The notes: generated from the letters alone by a model not told the origin. DNA of 64,000 nt from an uncultured Pseudomonadota bacterium (GCA_963770835.1 CAVYRH010000004.1:160001-224000); one strand, 5' to 3'; shown: positions 19,748-29,634, counted from the stretch's first letter. Numbers and translations: made by a program.

Positions 19748-21372
19748 TGGCGAAAATCACCATCGACGGAAAACCCATGGAAGTGCCCGACGGCACCAAC
19801 GTGCTGGAGGCGGCAGTTTCCAACGGCGTGCCACTGGAGCACTTTTGCTACCACCGCTATCTGCCCGTTGCCGGCAACTGCCGCACTTGCATGGTGGAGA
19901 TCGAGGGGCCCAAGGGGCGCATGCTTACTATCGGCTGCAACACCAAGGTGGCCGAGGGCATGGTGATCCACACCGACACCCCCAAGGCCAAACAAGCCCA
20001 AAAGAGCGCTCTGGAGATGCTCCTCCTGGACCACCCACTGGACTGCCCCGTCTGCGACAAGGCGGGGGAATGCAAACTGCAGAACCAATATATGGAATAC
20101 GGACTTTACGATTTCCGCCGGGGGGTGCCCCGCTACTTCAAGGGCGGAAAGGACGAGGATATCGGCGAGCACGTCATCCTGGACCAGGAACGCTGCGTGC
20201 TATGCACCCGGTGCATCCGCTTCGTCGACGAGATCCCCAAGACGTCCGAGCTGGGAATCATGAACCGCGGCCATGAATCCGTCCTCAGCATTTTCCCGGG
20301 AGTACGGTTGGATAACCCCTATTCCGGAAACGTCACGGACGTCTGCCCGGTTGGTGCGCTCACCTTGAAGGAATTCCGCTTCAAGCAAAGGGTGTGGTTC
20401 CTCAAGAAAGCCGAATCCGTCTGCCCGGGCTGCGCTAGGGGCTGCAACATCACGGTGGAACATAACCATGGGCGGATTTACCGCTTCATGCCCCGTGAAA
20501 ACGCAGAACTGAACAAGACCTGGATCTGCGACGAAGGGCGTTTTTCCTTTAATCACTGGCAGGACAACCGGGTGGAAGAAGTGCGGTTGGGGCACGGAAG
20601 TTCAAACCTGGATGACGGCATCGCCCAATTGGCCAACCTCTTGGAAGGCCTCTCACCGGAGGAAGTCGCGGGCATCGCCTCCCCCGCCGCCGCCCTGGAA
20701 GACCTTTATGTTATGAAGAAACTGTTCGAGAAGCGTTTCCGGCTGAAGAACCTCGCCGCGCCCTTTTGGGGCAAGAAAGGCGACGAGGATAAAATCCTCA
20801 AGCTCGCGGACAAGATCCCCAACACCCAGGGTCTAAATCTTTTGGGCATCGACACCGAGGGAAAGGACCTTTTAGCCCGCATTGAAAAAGGAAACTTTAA
20901 GGCCGTCCTCATCATGCACAACAACCCCTTCGGACAGGACGAGGAAAAGGCCCAAAAGGTCTATGGAAACGTGAAAGTATTGGTTGTGCTTTCGGTCCAT
21001 AAAACCAAAATGGCCGAGCGGGGCTCTATGGTTTTCCCCGTGAGGCCTTTCACCGAGAAGAATGGAACCTTCGTGAACGCCACCAGCCGTCTCCAGCGGT
21101 TCCGGCAGGCTATTGAACCCGGAAACCCCGACGTGGTGGAGGCTTCGTTATGGATGTGCCGATTGGCCAAGGCCCTGAAGGTGGAAGGCCTAGATTTTGA
21201 GGACACTCCCTCGATCTTCAACGCCATGGCCAAGGAAGTGGAGGCTCTCAAAGGGCTGACGTTTAATTCCATTCCCGCCACCGGCAAGGTTTTGGATTTG
21301 AAACCCCTGGCCCCGGAACCTTTCCAGGGCGTGAAGGCCCAGCCCAACGTGTGTGGAAAGGCCAAGGCATGA
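19747..21372 (+). CDS. nuoG: NADH-quinone oxidoreductase subunit G (short form)
   Basis: FCYH..L..AGNCRTC, HPLDCPVCDKAGEC, RCVLCTRCIRF, CPVGAL and CPGCARGC. Confidence 0.95.
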   Translation: MAKITIDGKPMEVPDGTNVLEAAVSNGVPLEHFCYHRYLPVAGNCRTCMVEIEGPKGRMLTIGCNTKVAEGMVIHTDTPKAKQAQKSALEMLLLDHPLDCPVCDKAGECKLQNQYMEYGLYDFRRGVPRYFKGGKDEDIGEHVILDQERCVLCTRCIRFVDEIPKTSELGIMNRGHESVLSIFPGVRLDNPYSGNVTDVCPVGALTLKEFRFKQRVWFLKKAESVCPGCARGCNITVEHNHGRIYRFMPRENAELNKTWICDEGRFSFNHWQDNRVEEVRLGHGSSNLDDGIAQLANLLEGLSPEEVAGIASPAAALEDLYVMKKLFEKRFRLKNLAAPFWGKKGDEDKILKLADKIPNTQGLNLLGIDTEGKDLLARIEKGNFKAVLIMHNNPFGQDEEKAQKVYGNVKVLVVLSVHKTKMAERGSMVFPVRPFTEKNGTFVNATSRLQRFRQAIEPGNPDVVEASLWMCRLAKALKVEGLDFEDTPSIFNAMAKEVEALKGLTFNSIPATGKVLDLKPLAPEPFQGVKAQPNVCGKAKA

Positions 21373-22682
21373 TGGACTCGAACCAAGTTTTCACCCTTAT
21401 CAACATCGCGGTGATGACGGTGGTGATGTGGCTTATTCCCCTCCAATTCATCCCGGTTTTCATCTGGCTGGAGCGCAAGGGAAGCGCTATCATCCAGGAC
21501 CGCATCGGTCCCAACCGCACGGGAATCCTGGGGTTCCGACTTTTCGGCATGGTCCAGAATTTCGCGGACGTCGTGAAACTTTTGATGAAAGAAAACATCG
21601 TACCCACCAAGGCCAACCGCTTTTATTTCATGCTGGCGCCCTTTTGGGCCATGACCATCAGCCTCCTGCCCCTTTTGGTGGTTCCCCTCGCCGCCCCCCT
21701 CAACTTGATGGGACATACCATCCGTTTCCAGGCCGCCGACCTTGGCGTGGGGCTTCTCTTCATCCTTTCCATCACCAGCATGGGAGTCTTCGCCATCATC
21801 CTGGCCGGGTGGTCCTCCAACAACAAATTTTCCCTTATGGGGGGGCTGCGTTCCTCGGGCCAAATGATTTCCTACGAGCTTTCCATGGGCCTGGCAATGG
21901 TGGGGCTCTTGATGGTCTACCAGGATGTCCGGATGAGCTCCATCGTGGAAGCTCAAGGAAGGCTTTTGACCGCATGGGGCCACACTCTGCCGCTGCCCAA
22001 TTGGGGTATATTCCTCCAGCCTGTCGGGTTTCTCCTTTTTTTGGTGGCTTCTTTCGCTGAAACCAACCGAAATCCCTTCGATTTGGCGGAAGGGGAGTCG
22101 GAACTGGTGGCGGGCTTCCACGTGGAATACTCCAGCGTCAAGTTCTCACTCTTCTTCATGGCCGAGTATTCCAACATGGTGGTGGCGGCCTTCGTGATCT
22201 CGACCCTATTCCTGGGTGGCTACCAGGTGCCCTTCGCCTCCACTGATACCCTGTTGCAAAACCCGAAACTAACCCTGGCCCTTTTATGCGGATTAGTGAT
22301 CCTACTCATGGGGCTTACCGGCCTATTCCTCTATAAGAGGGGGAACCAGCAAAAACACCTTTTCGCCAACGGGGTGAAAAGGGCTGAGCCCTTTCTTTTC
22401 GCGGGGCTTTGCTTTGCGGTTGCGACGGCGGCCCTGGCATTCCTGGCTGTGGGTTTGACAACGGAACTTGCCCCATGGATCTACGGGATCGCCACCACCC
22501 TGTTGCAATTGTTTTGCCTGGTCCTGAAGGTGCTGTTTTTCTGCTGGCTCTTCGTATGGGTACGCTGGACCCTGCCGCGGTTCCGTTACGACCAGCTGAT
22601 GAAGATGGGATGGAAGCTCATGCTGCCGCTGGCCTTGTTGAACTTGCTGGTGACCGGCGTGATTATTTTGACACAAAAGTGA
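21369..22682 (+). CDS. nuoH: NADH-quinone oxidoreductase subunit H with an extra hydrophobic insertion
   Basis: ERK..A.IQDRIGPNR, ISYE, AETNRNPFDLAEGESELVAGF and WVRWTLPRFRYDQLM. Confidence 0.95.
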   Translation: MMDSNQVFTLINIAVMTVVMWLIPLQFIPVFIWLERKGSAIIQDRIGPNRTGILGFRLFGMVQNFADVVKLLMKENIVPTKANRFYFMLAPFWAMTISLLPLLVVPLAAPLNLMGHTIRFQAADLGVGLLFILSITSMGVFAIILAGWSSNNKFSLMGGLRSSGQMISYELSMGLAMVGLLMVYQDVRMSSIVEAQGRLLTAWGHTLPLPNWGIFLQPVGFLLFLVASFAETNRNPFDLAEGESELVAGFHVEYSSVKFSLFFMAEYSNMVVAAFVISTLFLGGYQVPFASTDTLLQNPKLTLALLCGLVILLMGLTGLFLYKRGNQQKHLFANGVKRAEPFLFAGLCFAVATAALAFLAVGLTTELAPWIYGIATTLLQLFCLVLKVLFFCWLFVWVRWTLPRFRYDQLMKMGWKLMLPLALLNLLVTGVIILTQK

Positions 22683-22718
22683 TGAATAGCCGAGGGAACA
22701 GAGGAGTTTGAGGTTTTT

Positions 22719-23264
22719 ATGAGAATTGTGCAACGGCCCGAAATGAAGGGCTCTGAAAAAATATACGTGGTGGAAGTGGTCAAGGGCCTTTGGCTGACGA
22801 TCGGCCACGTCGTTACCAACCTATTCCATCCGGAAAACTTGCCCACGGTCTTCTTCCCCGAGGAAAAGAAGGCGCTTCCACCCGCCACCCGCGGGAGACA
22901 CCGCCTCATGAAACGGGAAGATGATTCGCCGCGTTGCACGGCCTGCATGCTGTGCGCCACGGCCTGCCCGGCCGAGTGCATCCACATCCTAGCCGCCGAG
23001 TCGCCCGATCCGAACATCGAGAAGCTCCCTGAGAAATTTGATATCGATATGCTGCGCTGTGTGTATTGCGGCTTTTGCGTGGACGCCTGTCCCCTGGACG
23101 CCATCCGGATGGACATTCCGGAGGTTACTGTCGCCGGTTACACGCGCGACAGCCTGGTGTACCACAAGAAATTCTTGATGGATCACGACAACAAAGACGT
23201 AGTGCCGGATTATAATCCGCCCCGGCCAGTCCTTTGGACACATGGGCCCCATGCAAAGCCTTAA
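22719..23264 (+). CDS. nuoI: NADH-quinone oxidoreductase subunit I
   Basis: CTACMLCATACP and CVYCGFCVDACP. Confidence 0.96.
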   Translation: MRIVQRPEMKGSEKIYVVEVVKGLWLTIGHVVTNLFHPENLPTVFFPEEKKALPPATRGRHRLMKREDDSPRCTACMLCATACPAECIHILAAESPDPNIEKLPEKFDIDMLRCVYCGFCVDACPLDAIRMDIPEVTVAGYTRDSLVYHKKFLMDHDNKDVVPDYNPPRPVLWTHGPHAKP

Positions 23265-23267
23265 GAA

Positions 23268-23345
23268 GCAGTCAACAGTTGGCGGTCGGCAGCCGGAAAT
23301 AAGTAAAAGACGCTGGTTTTTAGTTGTCGACCGTCGACTGTCAGC
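23268..23345. repeat. Degenerate heptamer inverted-repeat element between nuoI and nuoJ
   Basis: CAGTCAA CAGTTGG CGGTCGG CAGCCGG ... TGTCGAC CGTCGAC TGTCAGC. Confidence 0.65.
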
Positions 23346-23362
23346 TTGGAGAAAGGGAAGTC

Positions 23363-23866
23363 ATGATTGAAGCGGTTTTGTTCTATATTCTGGCCGCGGT
23401 TCTCTTGGGCATGGGTTTGCTGGTGATCACCAGGACTAATCCCATCGCCTCGGCCTTGGGGCTGGTGGCTGCCTTCGCGGCTTTGGCGGCCCTTTACGCC
23501 CTTTTGTCCGCTTCGCTGGTGGCCATCATCCAAATCCTGGTTTACGCGGGCGGCATCATGGTGCTCATGATCTTCGTGATCATGCTTTTGAACCTTCATC
23601 CGGACGACCTCAAGCCCATGCGGGCCAAGGGAATCGTCGTGGCATTGGCCCTGGTTATGGTTTTGGGGTTGGTCTTAGGCCCGGTTTTCCTGGTGGTTTT
23701 CCCCGCCGGGACTTGGACCCTAGCGCCCGTGGCGGCGGGCTTTGGGGACATTTTCTCAGTCGGTGAAAAAATATTCTCGGATTATTTGTTTCCCTTTGAG
23801 ATGCTCTCGCTGGTGCTTTTGACGGCCATCGTGGGAGCTTTGGTCCTCACGAAAAGGAAACTTTAA
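23363..23866 (+). CDS. nuoJ: NADH-quinone oxidoreductase subunit J
   Basis: QILVYAGGIMVL..FVIMLL and PFEMLSLVLLTAIVGA. Confidence 0.94.
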   Translation: MIEAVLFYILAAVLLGMGLLVITRTNPIASALGLVAAFAALAALYALLSASLVAIIQILVYAGGIMVLMIFVIMLLNLHPDDLKPMRAKGIVVALALVMVLGLVLGPVFLVVFPAGTWTLAPVAAGFGDIFSVGEKIFSDYLFPFEMLSLVLLTAIVGALVLTKRKL

Positions 23867-24184
23867 ATGGAGCTTTTATATCCCATCACGCCCACGCATT
23901 ACCTGGTCCTGTCGGGCTTGTTATTCGGCATTGGAACGGCGGGGGTGCTGTCGCGCAGGAACCTGTTCGTCGTCTTGATGTCCCTGGAATTGATGCTGAA
24001 CGGGGTGAACCTTTCCTTCATCACCTTTTCCAGGGTGAACGGCGATTTGACGGGCCATGTGATCGTCTTGTTCGTGGTGGCCATTGCGGCGGCGGAAGCC
24101 TGCGTGGGATTGGCCATCGTGATCGCCCTTTACCGCCTGAAGGAAACGGTGGATTTGGATTTATTTAAGAGCTTGAAAGGCTGA
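23867..24184 (+). CDS. nuoK: NADH-quinone oxidoreductase subunit K
   Basis: RRNL..LMSLELMLN and AAAEACVGLA. Confidence 0.96.
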   Translation: MELLYPITPTHYLVLSGLLFGIGTAGVLSRRNLFVVLMSLELMLNGVNLSFITFSRVNGDLTGHVIVLFVVAIAAAEACVGLAIVIALYRLKETVDLDLFKSLKG

Positions 24185-24185
24185 A

Positions 24186-26165
24186 ATGGGAATCGAAGCG
24201 TTCCAATATAAGTCCCTGATCCAGTTCGACTGGATTTGGCTCATCCTTGCCGCTCCCCTCCTGGGGGCGGTTGTGAACGGTGCTTTGACCCTTTTCGCAG
24301 CGGGCCGCAAAACCAACATCGCCCATGGGTTTTACGCCACGGTTGGCTGTGGGGGGGCCTTCCTTTCTTTTATCGCCTCCTGGCTAACCTTCCTTCATTT
24401 TAAGGAGCTACCCGCCGGCAGCGTTTTGACCCAGGAATTGTTCGATTGGATCGAGGCGGGGGCCTTCCACACGAAGATGAGTTTCGAACTGGACGCCCTC
24501 TCCATAAGTATGGTGGTGTTCATTACCTTCGTTTCAAGCCTTATCCATCTTTATTCTGTGGGGTACATGAAGGACGATCCAGGTTTCGGCCGGTATTTCA
24601 CTTACCTGAATATTTTCCTCTTTTCCATGCTGGTCTTGGTGATGGCCCAAAATCTTCTCGTGCTCTTTTTGGGATGGGAAGGCGTGGGGTTTTGTTCCTA
24701 TCTTTTGATCGGTTTTTGGTTCGACGATGCCGCGAAGGCCAACGCGGGCAAGAAAGCCATCATCGTCAACCGCATCGGGGACGCGGGCTTCCTGGCCGGC
24801 CTACTGATCCTCTTCGCGCTGGCGGGGACCTTCAATTTCAACGAACTGCAAATGGGGAAGCACGCTTTCACTGAGCTTTCCGCCACGGTGATCTGCCTTT
24901 GTTTCTTCTTCGGCGCGGCGGGCAAGTCGGCCCAGATCCCCCTTTACGTCTGGCTGCCGGACGCCATGGCGGGCCCCACGCCGGTATCGGCCCTCATCCA
25001 CGCCGCCACCATGGTGACGGCGGGTATTTACCTGGTGGCGCGCCTCAATTTCCTCTTCGTCCTGGCGCCCTGGGCCTCCATGGTGGTGGCGGTTATCGGC
25101 GTTTTAACTGCCCTCTTCGCGGCCACCCTAGCCCTGGCCCAAAACGACATCAAAAAGGTTTTGGCTTACTCCACCATTTCCCAACTGGGGTTCATGTTCT
25201 TGGGGGCGGGGGTCAGCGCCTACGGCGCCGGACTCTTTCATCTCATCACCCACGGGTTTTTCAAGGCTTGCCTCTTCCTGGCGGCAGGCTCGGTCATTCA
25301 CGTTTTGAAGGGAGAGCAGGACATCCGCAAGATGGGCGGGCTGCTGAAACATATCCCGTTGACGAGCATCTCCTTCTTCCTTGGTTGGGCCGCCATTACG
25401 GGCGTCCTGCCTTTTTGCGGGGGATTTTTCAGCAAGGACGAAATCCTCTGGCGGGCCCTGGCAACCCCCAACCCGGTCATTCCCTTTTTGCCGGAAGCGC
25501 TTTATTTCACCGCCCTTTTCACCGCCTTCCTGACGGCTTTTTACATGACCCGCCTTTTCGTGACGGTTTTCTTCGGGGAATACCGGGGGGACCGCGAAAT
25601 CTTCGAACACCTGCACGATTCACCGAAGGTCATGACGGTGCCGATGCTGCTTTTGGGAGTGGGTTCCATCGTCGTCGGCTGGATCGGAGTGCCCGAGGCC
25701 ATCGGCGGGGGAAATTCCCTGGGTAAGTTCGTGGAACCGATTTTCCATCTTTCCACCCTGGAGGCCAACAACATCTCCCCGAAATTGGAGCCGCTTTTGA
25801 TGCTGCTTTCCTTCTTAGTGGCGGGCTTGGGGGTCCTGGCCGCCTGGTATGTCTATGGGTGGAAGCACAACATCAGCCCGGTTCTTTTAAAGTTGATTCC
25901 TGGCGGTAAGAAGGCCGTCGAGAAAAAATATTATGTGGATGAGATTTACGAAGTGTTGGTGGTGCGTGCGGTTAAGGGGTTTGCCCATTGGGTCTCCGAC
26001 AGGCTGGTGGAACAAATCCTCATCAACCGGGTACTGGATGTAATCACCCAAGGGGTTTACGCGGTCGCGAAGTTATTGAGGAAAACCCAAGTGGGCCTGG
26101 TGCGGGTTTACTTGGCCTACGTCGTGGCGGGCGCCGCACTGTTGATTTATCTCTTACTTCATTAA
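24186..26165 (+). CDS. nuoL: NADH-quinone oxidoreductase subunit L
   Basis: GWEGVG..SYLLIGFW, NRIGD and GKSAQIPL.VWLPDAMAGPTPVSALIHAATMV. Confidence 0.97.
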   Translation: MGIEAFQYKSLIQFDWIWLILAAPLLGAVVNGALTLFAAGRKTNIAHGFYATVGCGGAFLSFIASWLTFLHFKELPAGSVLTQELFDWIEAGAFHTKMSFELDALSISMVVFITFVSSLIHLYSVGYMKDDPGFGRYFTYLNIFLFSMLVLVMAQNLLVLFLGWEGVGFCSYLLIGFWFDDAAKANAGKKAIIVNRIGDAGFLAGLLILFALAGTFNFNELQMGKHAFTELSATVICLCFFFGAAGKSAQIPLYVWLPDAMAGPTPVSALIHAATMVTAGIYLVARLNFLFVLAPWASMVVAVIGVLTALFAATLALAQNDIKKVLAYSTISQLGFMFLGAGVSAYGAGLFHLITHGFFKACLFLAAGSVIHVLKGEQDIRKMGGLLKHIPLTSISFFLGWAAITGVLPFCGGFFSKDEILWRALATPNPVIPFLPEALYFTALFTAFLTAFYMTRLFVTVFFGEYRGDREIFEHLHDSPKVMTVPMLLLGVGSIVVGWIGVPEAIGGGNSLGKFVEPIFHLSTLEANNISPKLEPLLMLLSFLVAGLGVLAAWYVYGWKHNISPVLLKLIPGGKKAVEKKYYVDEIYEVLVVRAVKGFAHWVSDRLVEQILINRVLDVITQGVYAVAKLLRKTQVGLVRVYLAYVVAGAALLIYLLLH

Positions 26166-26180
26166 GGCAGCTCTTAGAAG

Positions 26181-26226
26181 TTTTAGCTGTTAGCCAAAAA
26201 CTAACAGCTAAAAGCCAAAAGCTGAT
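26181..26226. repeat. Heptamer inverted-repeat element between nuoL and nuoM
   Basis: Perfect 13-bp IR TTTTAGCTGTTAG (26181-26193) / CTAACAGCTAAAA (26201-26213), plus further GCCAAAA-type units. Confidence 0.75.
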
Positions 26227-26243
26227 TTAAAAAGAGGTTTATT

Positions 26244-27827
26244 TTGATCCTATCCATTCTCATAGGTCTTCCCGTGCTGGGAGCGGTGTTGGCGGCGCTT
26301 TTTCCCCAAGAAAAGGCCACCAAGACCATTTCCCTCCTGGCTTCCCTCACCACCTTCGTATTTTCCCTCCTGCTTTACGTTCGCTTCGACGCGGCGGATG
26401 GGGGGTTTCAGTTCCAGGAACTCATCCCGCTGGTCCCCCGGCTTTCCATCAATTACAGCCTGGGCCTGGACGGTTTATCCCTTTGGCTCATTCTCCTCGC
26501 CACTTTCCTCACGCCACTTGTGGTTCTGGGAAGCTTTGGAATGATTAGGAAAAATGTCAGGGGATATTACGCCTGCCTGCTTTTGCTGGAGGCTTCCGTC
26601 ATCGGAACCCTGGAGGCCACGGACCTGTTCCTTTTTTATATTTTCTGGGAGCTCATGTTGATTCCAGCTTTCTTCCTGATCGGCGTCTGGGGCGGGCCCA
26701 ACCGCGTGAAGGGAACGGTGAAATTCATCCTTTTCACCATGGCGGGGTCGCTTCTGATGCTGGTGGCGCTCATTTATGTGACCCACGAAGTGAAAAGCTT
26801 TGATTACGCCAAGGTCTTCGAGCACGCCTTCCCGGAAGACGTTCAATTCTGGTGCTTCCTGGCCTTTGCGATGGCTTTTCTCATTAAAATCCCCCTCTTT
26901 CCTTTCCACGGCTGGCTCCCGGACGCCTACACGGAGGCGCCTGCGGGCGGTACAGTGATGCTTTCCGCAGTGCTGGTCAAGCTGGGGGCCTACGGCCTCT
27001 TGCGTTTCTGTATCCCGCTTTTTCCCGACGCAGCCAAGGCCTTCGCCCCCTGGATCATGGTGCTGGCCGCGGCCGGAGTGGTGCATGGGGCCTTCATGGC
27101 CATCCTTCAAACCGATTTCAAACGGTTGATGGCTTATTCCTCCCTCTCCCATATGGGGTTGATCACGCTGGGGATTTTCACTTTTTCGCTCACGGGTCTC
27201 GAGGGCGGCATGATCCAGATGGTCGGCCACGGGGTTTACATGGGGGGGCTTTTCCTTTTAATTGGGATGCTTTATCAACGCCGGGAATCGCACGAGATGG
27301 ATGCCTACGGCGGGGTCGCGAAGGGGGCGCCGCTCCTGGCGGCGGCATTCCTTTGGATGATTCTTTCATCAGCCGGCCTGCCCGGCTTTGCGGGTTTCGT
27401 GGGTGAAATCCTGATTTTGACTTCCGCCTACAAGGTTTGGGCCCTGCCGGCCCTCGTCGCCATCACGGGTTTTGTCCTCTCGGCTTGGTACCTCTTCAAT
27501 TTGTACGGGAAAGTGTTTTTTGGACCGGATAAAGCCCACCGCCAAGACGCCAAGGCGCCAAGTAAGACAGATCCTGAAAACAAAGAACAAACCCAGAAGT
27601 TTAAGGATCTGTCACTGTCAGAAGGTTTGGCGCTATTGCCGCTGGTTTTGGCCGCCCTTTGGATCGGTCTGAACGCCAATTTTTTCCTGGCACCCATAGA
27701 AAAGACCCTTCAAATGAAAGTTATTGAAAAGTTGAAACCACCGCCACCCATGATGGATTTCGCCGCCGAGCAGCGACGCCTCCAAGAAGAAATGGACAAC
27801 GGCAACAAGAAGCATCCGAAGCGTTAA
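26244..27827 (+). CDS. nuoM: NADH-quinone oxidoreductase subunit M
   Basis: FYIFWELMLIP, KIPLFPFHGWLPDA, AYSSLSHMG and GLPG..GFVGE. Confidence 0.96.
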   Translation: MILSILIGLPVLGAVLAALFPQEKATKTISLLASLTTFVFSLLLYVRFDAADGGFQFQELIPLVPRLSINYSLGLDGLSLWLILLATFLTPLVVLGSFGMIRKNVRGYYACLLLLEASVIGTLEATDLFLFYIFWELMLIPAFFLIGVWGGPNRVKGTVKFILFTMAGSLLMLVALIYVTHEVKSFDYAKVFEHAFPEDVQFWCFLAFAMAFLIKIPLFPFHGWLPDAYTEAPAGGTVMLSAVLVKLGAYGLLRFCIPLFPDAAKAFAPWIMVLAAAGVVHGAFMAILQTDFKRLMAYSSLSHMGLITLGIFTFSLTGLEGGMIQMVGHGVYMGGLFLLIGMLYQRRESHEMDAYGGVAKGAPLLAAAFLWMILSSAGLPGFAGFVGEILILTSAYKVWALPALVAITGFVLSAWYLFNLYGKVFFGPDKAHRQDAKAPSKTDPENKEQTQKFKDLSLSEGLALLPLVLAALWIGLNANFFLAPIEKTLQMKVIEKLKPPPPMMDFAAEQRRLQEEMDNGNKKHPKR

Positions 27828-27851
27828 ACACGGAGCCGGTAAAGTTATTCC

Positions 27852-29309
27852 GTGACTCAAGATTTTCCGAGGTTTAAGTTGGGCCCATTACCGAACGAAT
27901 TAACCCCGCTCCTGCCCCTGTGGATCGTCGTGGCGGGGGCGCTTGCGATCCTTCTGCTGGAAGCCCTCTTGCACGAGGAAGGGCGCAAGGCGGCGCCCGT
28001 TTTGGCCGGAACCGCCCTGGTGCTTTCACTGGGGAGTGTCTTTCACCTGCTTTCCTTGCGGGGAATGCCCGGGCCTCTTTTTCACGGCGCGGTGGTCGTG
28101 GATTTGTATTCCCTAACCCTCCAGGGAATTTGCCTGTTGTCGGCCCTTTTGACCTGCGTTTTTTCCGCTTCTTATTTGAAGCGGGAAAAGGCCGTGACCG
28201 GCGAATATTACGCCCTTCTTCTTTTGGCCGTGGCGGGCATGTTCACCTTGGTCCTCGCCGCCGATTTCCTGACCTTTTTCGTGGGTCTGGAACTCATGTC
28301 CCTGGCCGCTTACGTTTTGGCGGGATACCTGCGGGTCCAGGAACGCTCGACCGAGGCGGCCTTGAAATATTTCATGCTAGGAGTTTTCGCCTCCGGATTT
28401 CTTCTTTACGGTGTCGCCCTAATTTACGGGGCCTCTGGGACCATTCATTTTTCGGACTTGAGGCATTTCTTGGAACAAGGGCATACTTCCTCCCTTTTCG
28501 TGGATTTAGGTGTGGGGTTTCTTTTGGTGGGTTTGGGATTCAAGGTCGCCTTGGTCCCTTTTCACGGTTGGGCGCCGGATGTTTACGACGGGGCCCCAGC
28601 CCCCGTATCGGCTTTTCTTTCGACGGGTGTTAAAACCGCAGCCTTCGGCGCGTTTGCCCGCCTTTTCGCGGAGGCATTCGGCTTGCCGGGAACCTGGGTT
28701 CCGGTTTTCGCGGTCCTGGCCATTCTCACCATGACCCTGGGCAACCTGGGGGCCCTGGCCCAGGAAAGCGTCAAGCGTATGCTCGCCTATTCCAGCGTCG
28801 CCCATGCCGGGTACCTTATGGTGGGGCTTGCCACCGTATCCCTCGCCCCGGCGGATGACCTGGAACGGGCGGTGGCTTTTTACCTTTTGGCTTACACCCT
28901 CATGACCGCGGGGGCTTTTGGCTGGATCGCCTGGGCATCCGGAAAGGGCGAGGCGGGAACGGGGCTCGAAGATTACCGGGGTTTGGGCCTGAAATGCCCT
29001 TGGATGGGGTTGATGATGGCGCTTTTCATGTTTTCCCTGGCCGGCATGACACCCACCGCCGGCTTCTTCGGAAAATACTACCTTTTCAAATTGGCGGTGG
29101 ACCACGGTTTGATCGGATTGGCCCTCATCGCGGTTTTGAACAGCTTTCTCTCGGCTTATTACTACCTGCGAGTGGTCGTGTTCCTCTACATGAAACCCTC
29201 AAAGGAAGGGGTTGGCTCCGTCCCATTCGTCCCCTGGGATCTTCGCCTCGCCTTTTTTCTTTGCGGTTTGGGTGTGCTGGCCGCGGGGTTTTTCAAATTT
29301 CCTTTTTAA
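27852..29309 (+). CDS. nuoN: NADH-quinone oxidoreductase subunit N
   Basis: EAALKYF, FKVALVPFHGWAPDVYDGAP, KRMLAYSSVAHAGY and YYYLRV. Confidence 0.96.
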   Translation: MTQDFPRFKLGPLPNELTPLLPLWIVVAGALAILLLEALLHEEGRKAAPVLAGTALVLSLGSVFHLLSLRGMPGPLFHGAVVVDLYSLTLQGICLLSALLTCVFSASYLKREKAVTGEYYALLLLAVAGMFTLVLAADFLTFFVGLELMSLAAYVLAGYLRVQERSTEAALKYFMLGVFASGFLLYGVALIYGASGTIHFSDLRHFLEQGHTSSLFVDLGVGFLLVGLGFKVALVPFHGWAPDVYDGAPAPVSAFLSTGVKTAAFGAFARLFAEAFGLPGTWVPVFAVLAILTMTLGNLGALAQESVKRMLAYSSVAHAGYLMVGLATVSLAPADDLERAVAFYLLAYTLMTAGAFGWIAWASGKGEAGTGLEDYRGLGLKCPWMGLMMALFMFSLAGMTPTAGFFGKYYLFKLAVDHGLIGLALIAVLNSFLSAYYYLRVVVFLYMKPSKEGVGSVPFVPWDLRLAFFLCGLGVLAAGFFKFPF

Positions 29310-29331
29310 ACGGGAAAGGGATGGCCACTCC

Positions 29332-29634
29332 ATGAAAGTTATCGCCGATTTGTGCGTCGTGCCCTTAGGGGTCGGCGTCTCGGTATCGGAATACGTAGCG
29401 GCTTGCGAGAAGGTTTTAAAAGAAGCGGGACTGAAAACCCAACTGCACGCTTACGGAACCAATATCGAAGGGGAGTGGGATCAAGTGTTCGCGGCCATCA
29501 AACGTTGCCATGAGGTTGTTCACCGAATGGGCGCGCCCCGCATCTCCACGGTCCTGAAATTCGGCACTCGCACTGACCGCAAACAGACCATGGATGAAAA
29601 AGTAAAAAGCGTCAAAAACCGCCTGAAAAAATAA
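29332..29634 (+). CDS. MTH1187/YkoF-family thiamine-binding protein
   Basis: VVPLG..VSVSEYVA, LHAYGTNIEGEWD and RTDRKQTM..KV.SV. Confidence 0.9.
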   Translation: MKVIADLCVVPLGVGVSVSEYVAACEKVLKEAGLKTQLHAYGTNIEGEWDQVFAAIKRCHEVVHRMGAPRISTVLKFGTRTDRKQTMDEKVKSVKNRLKK

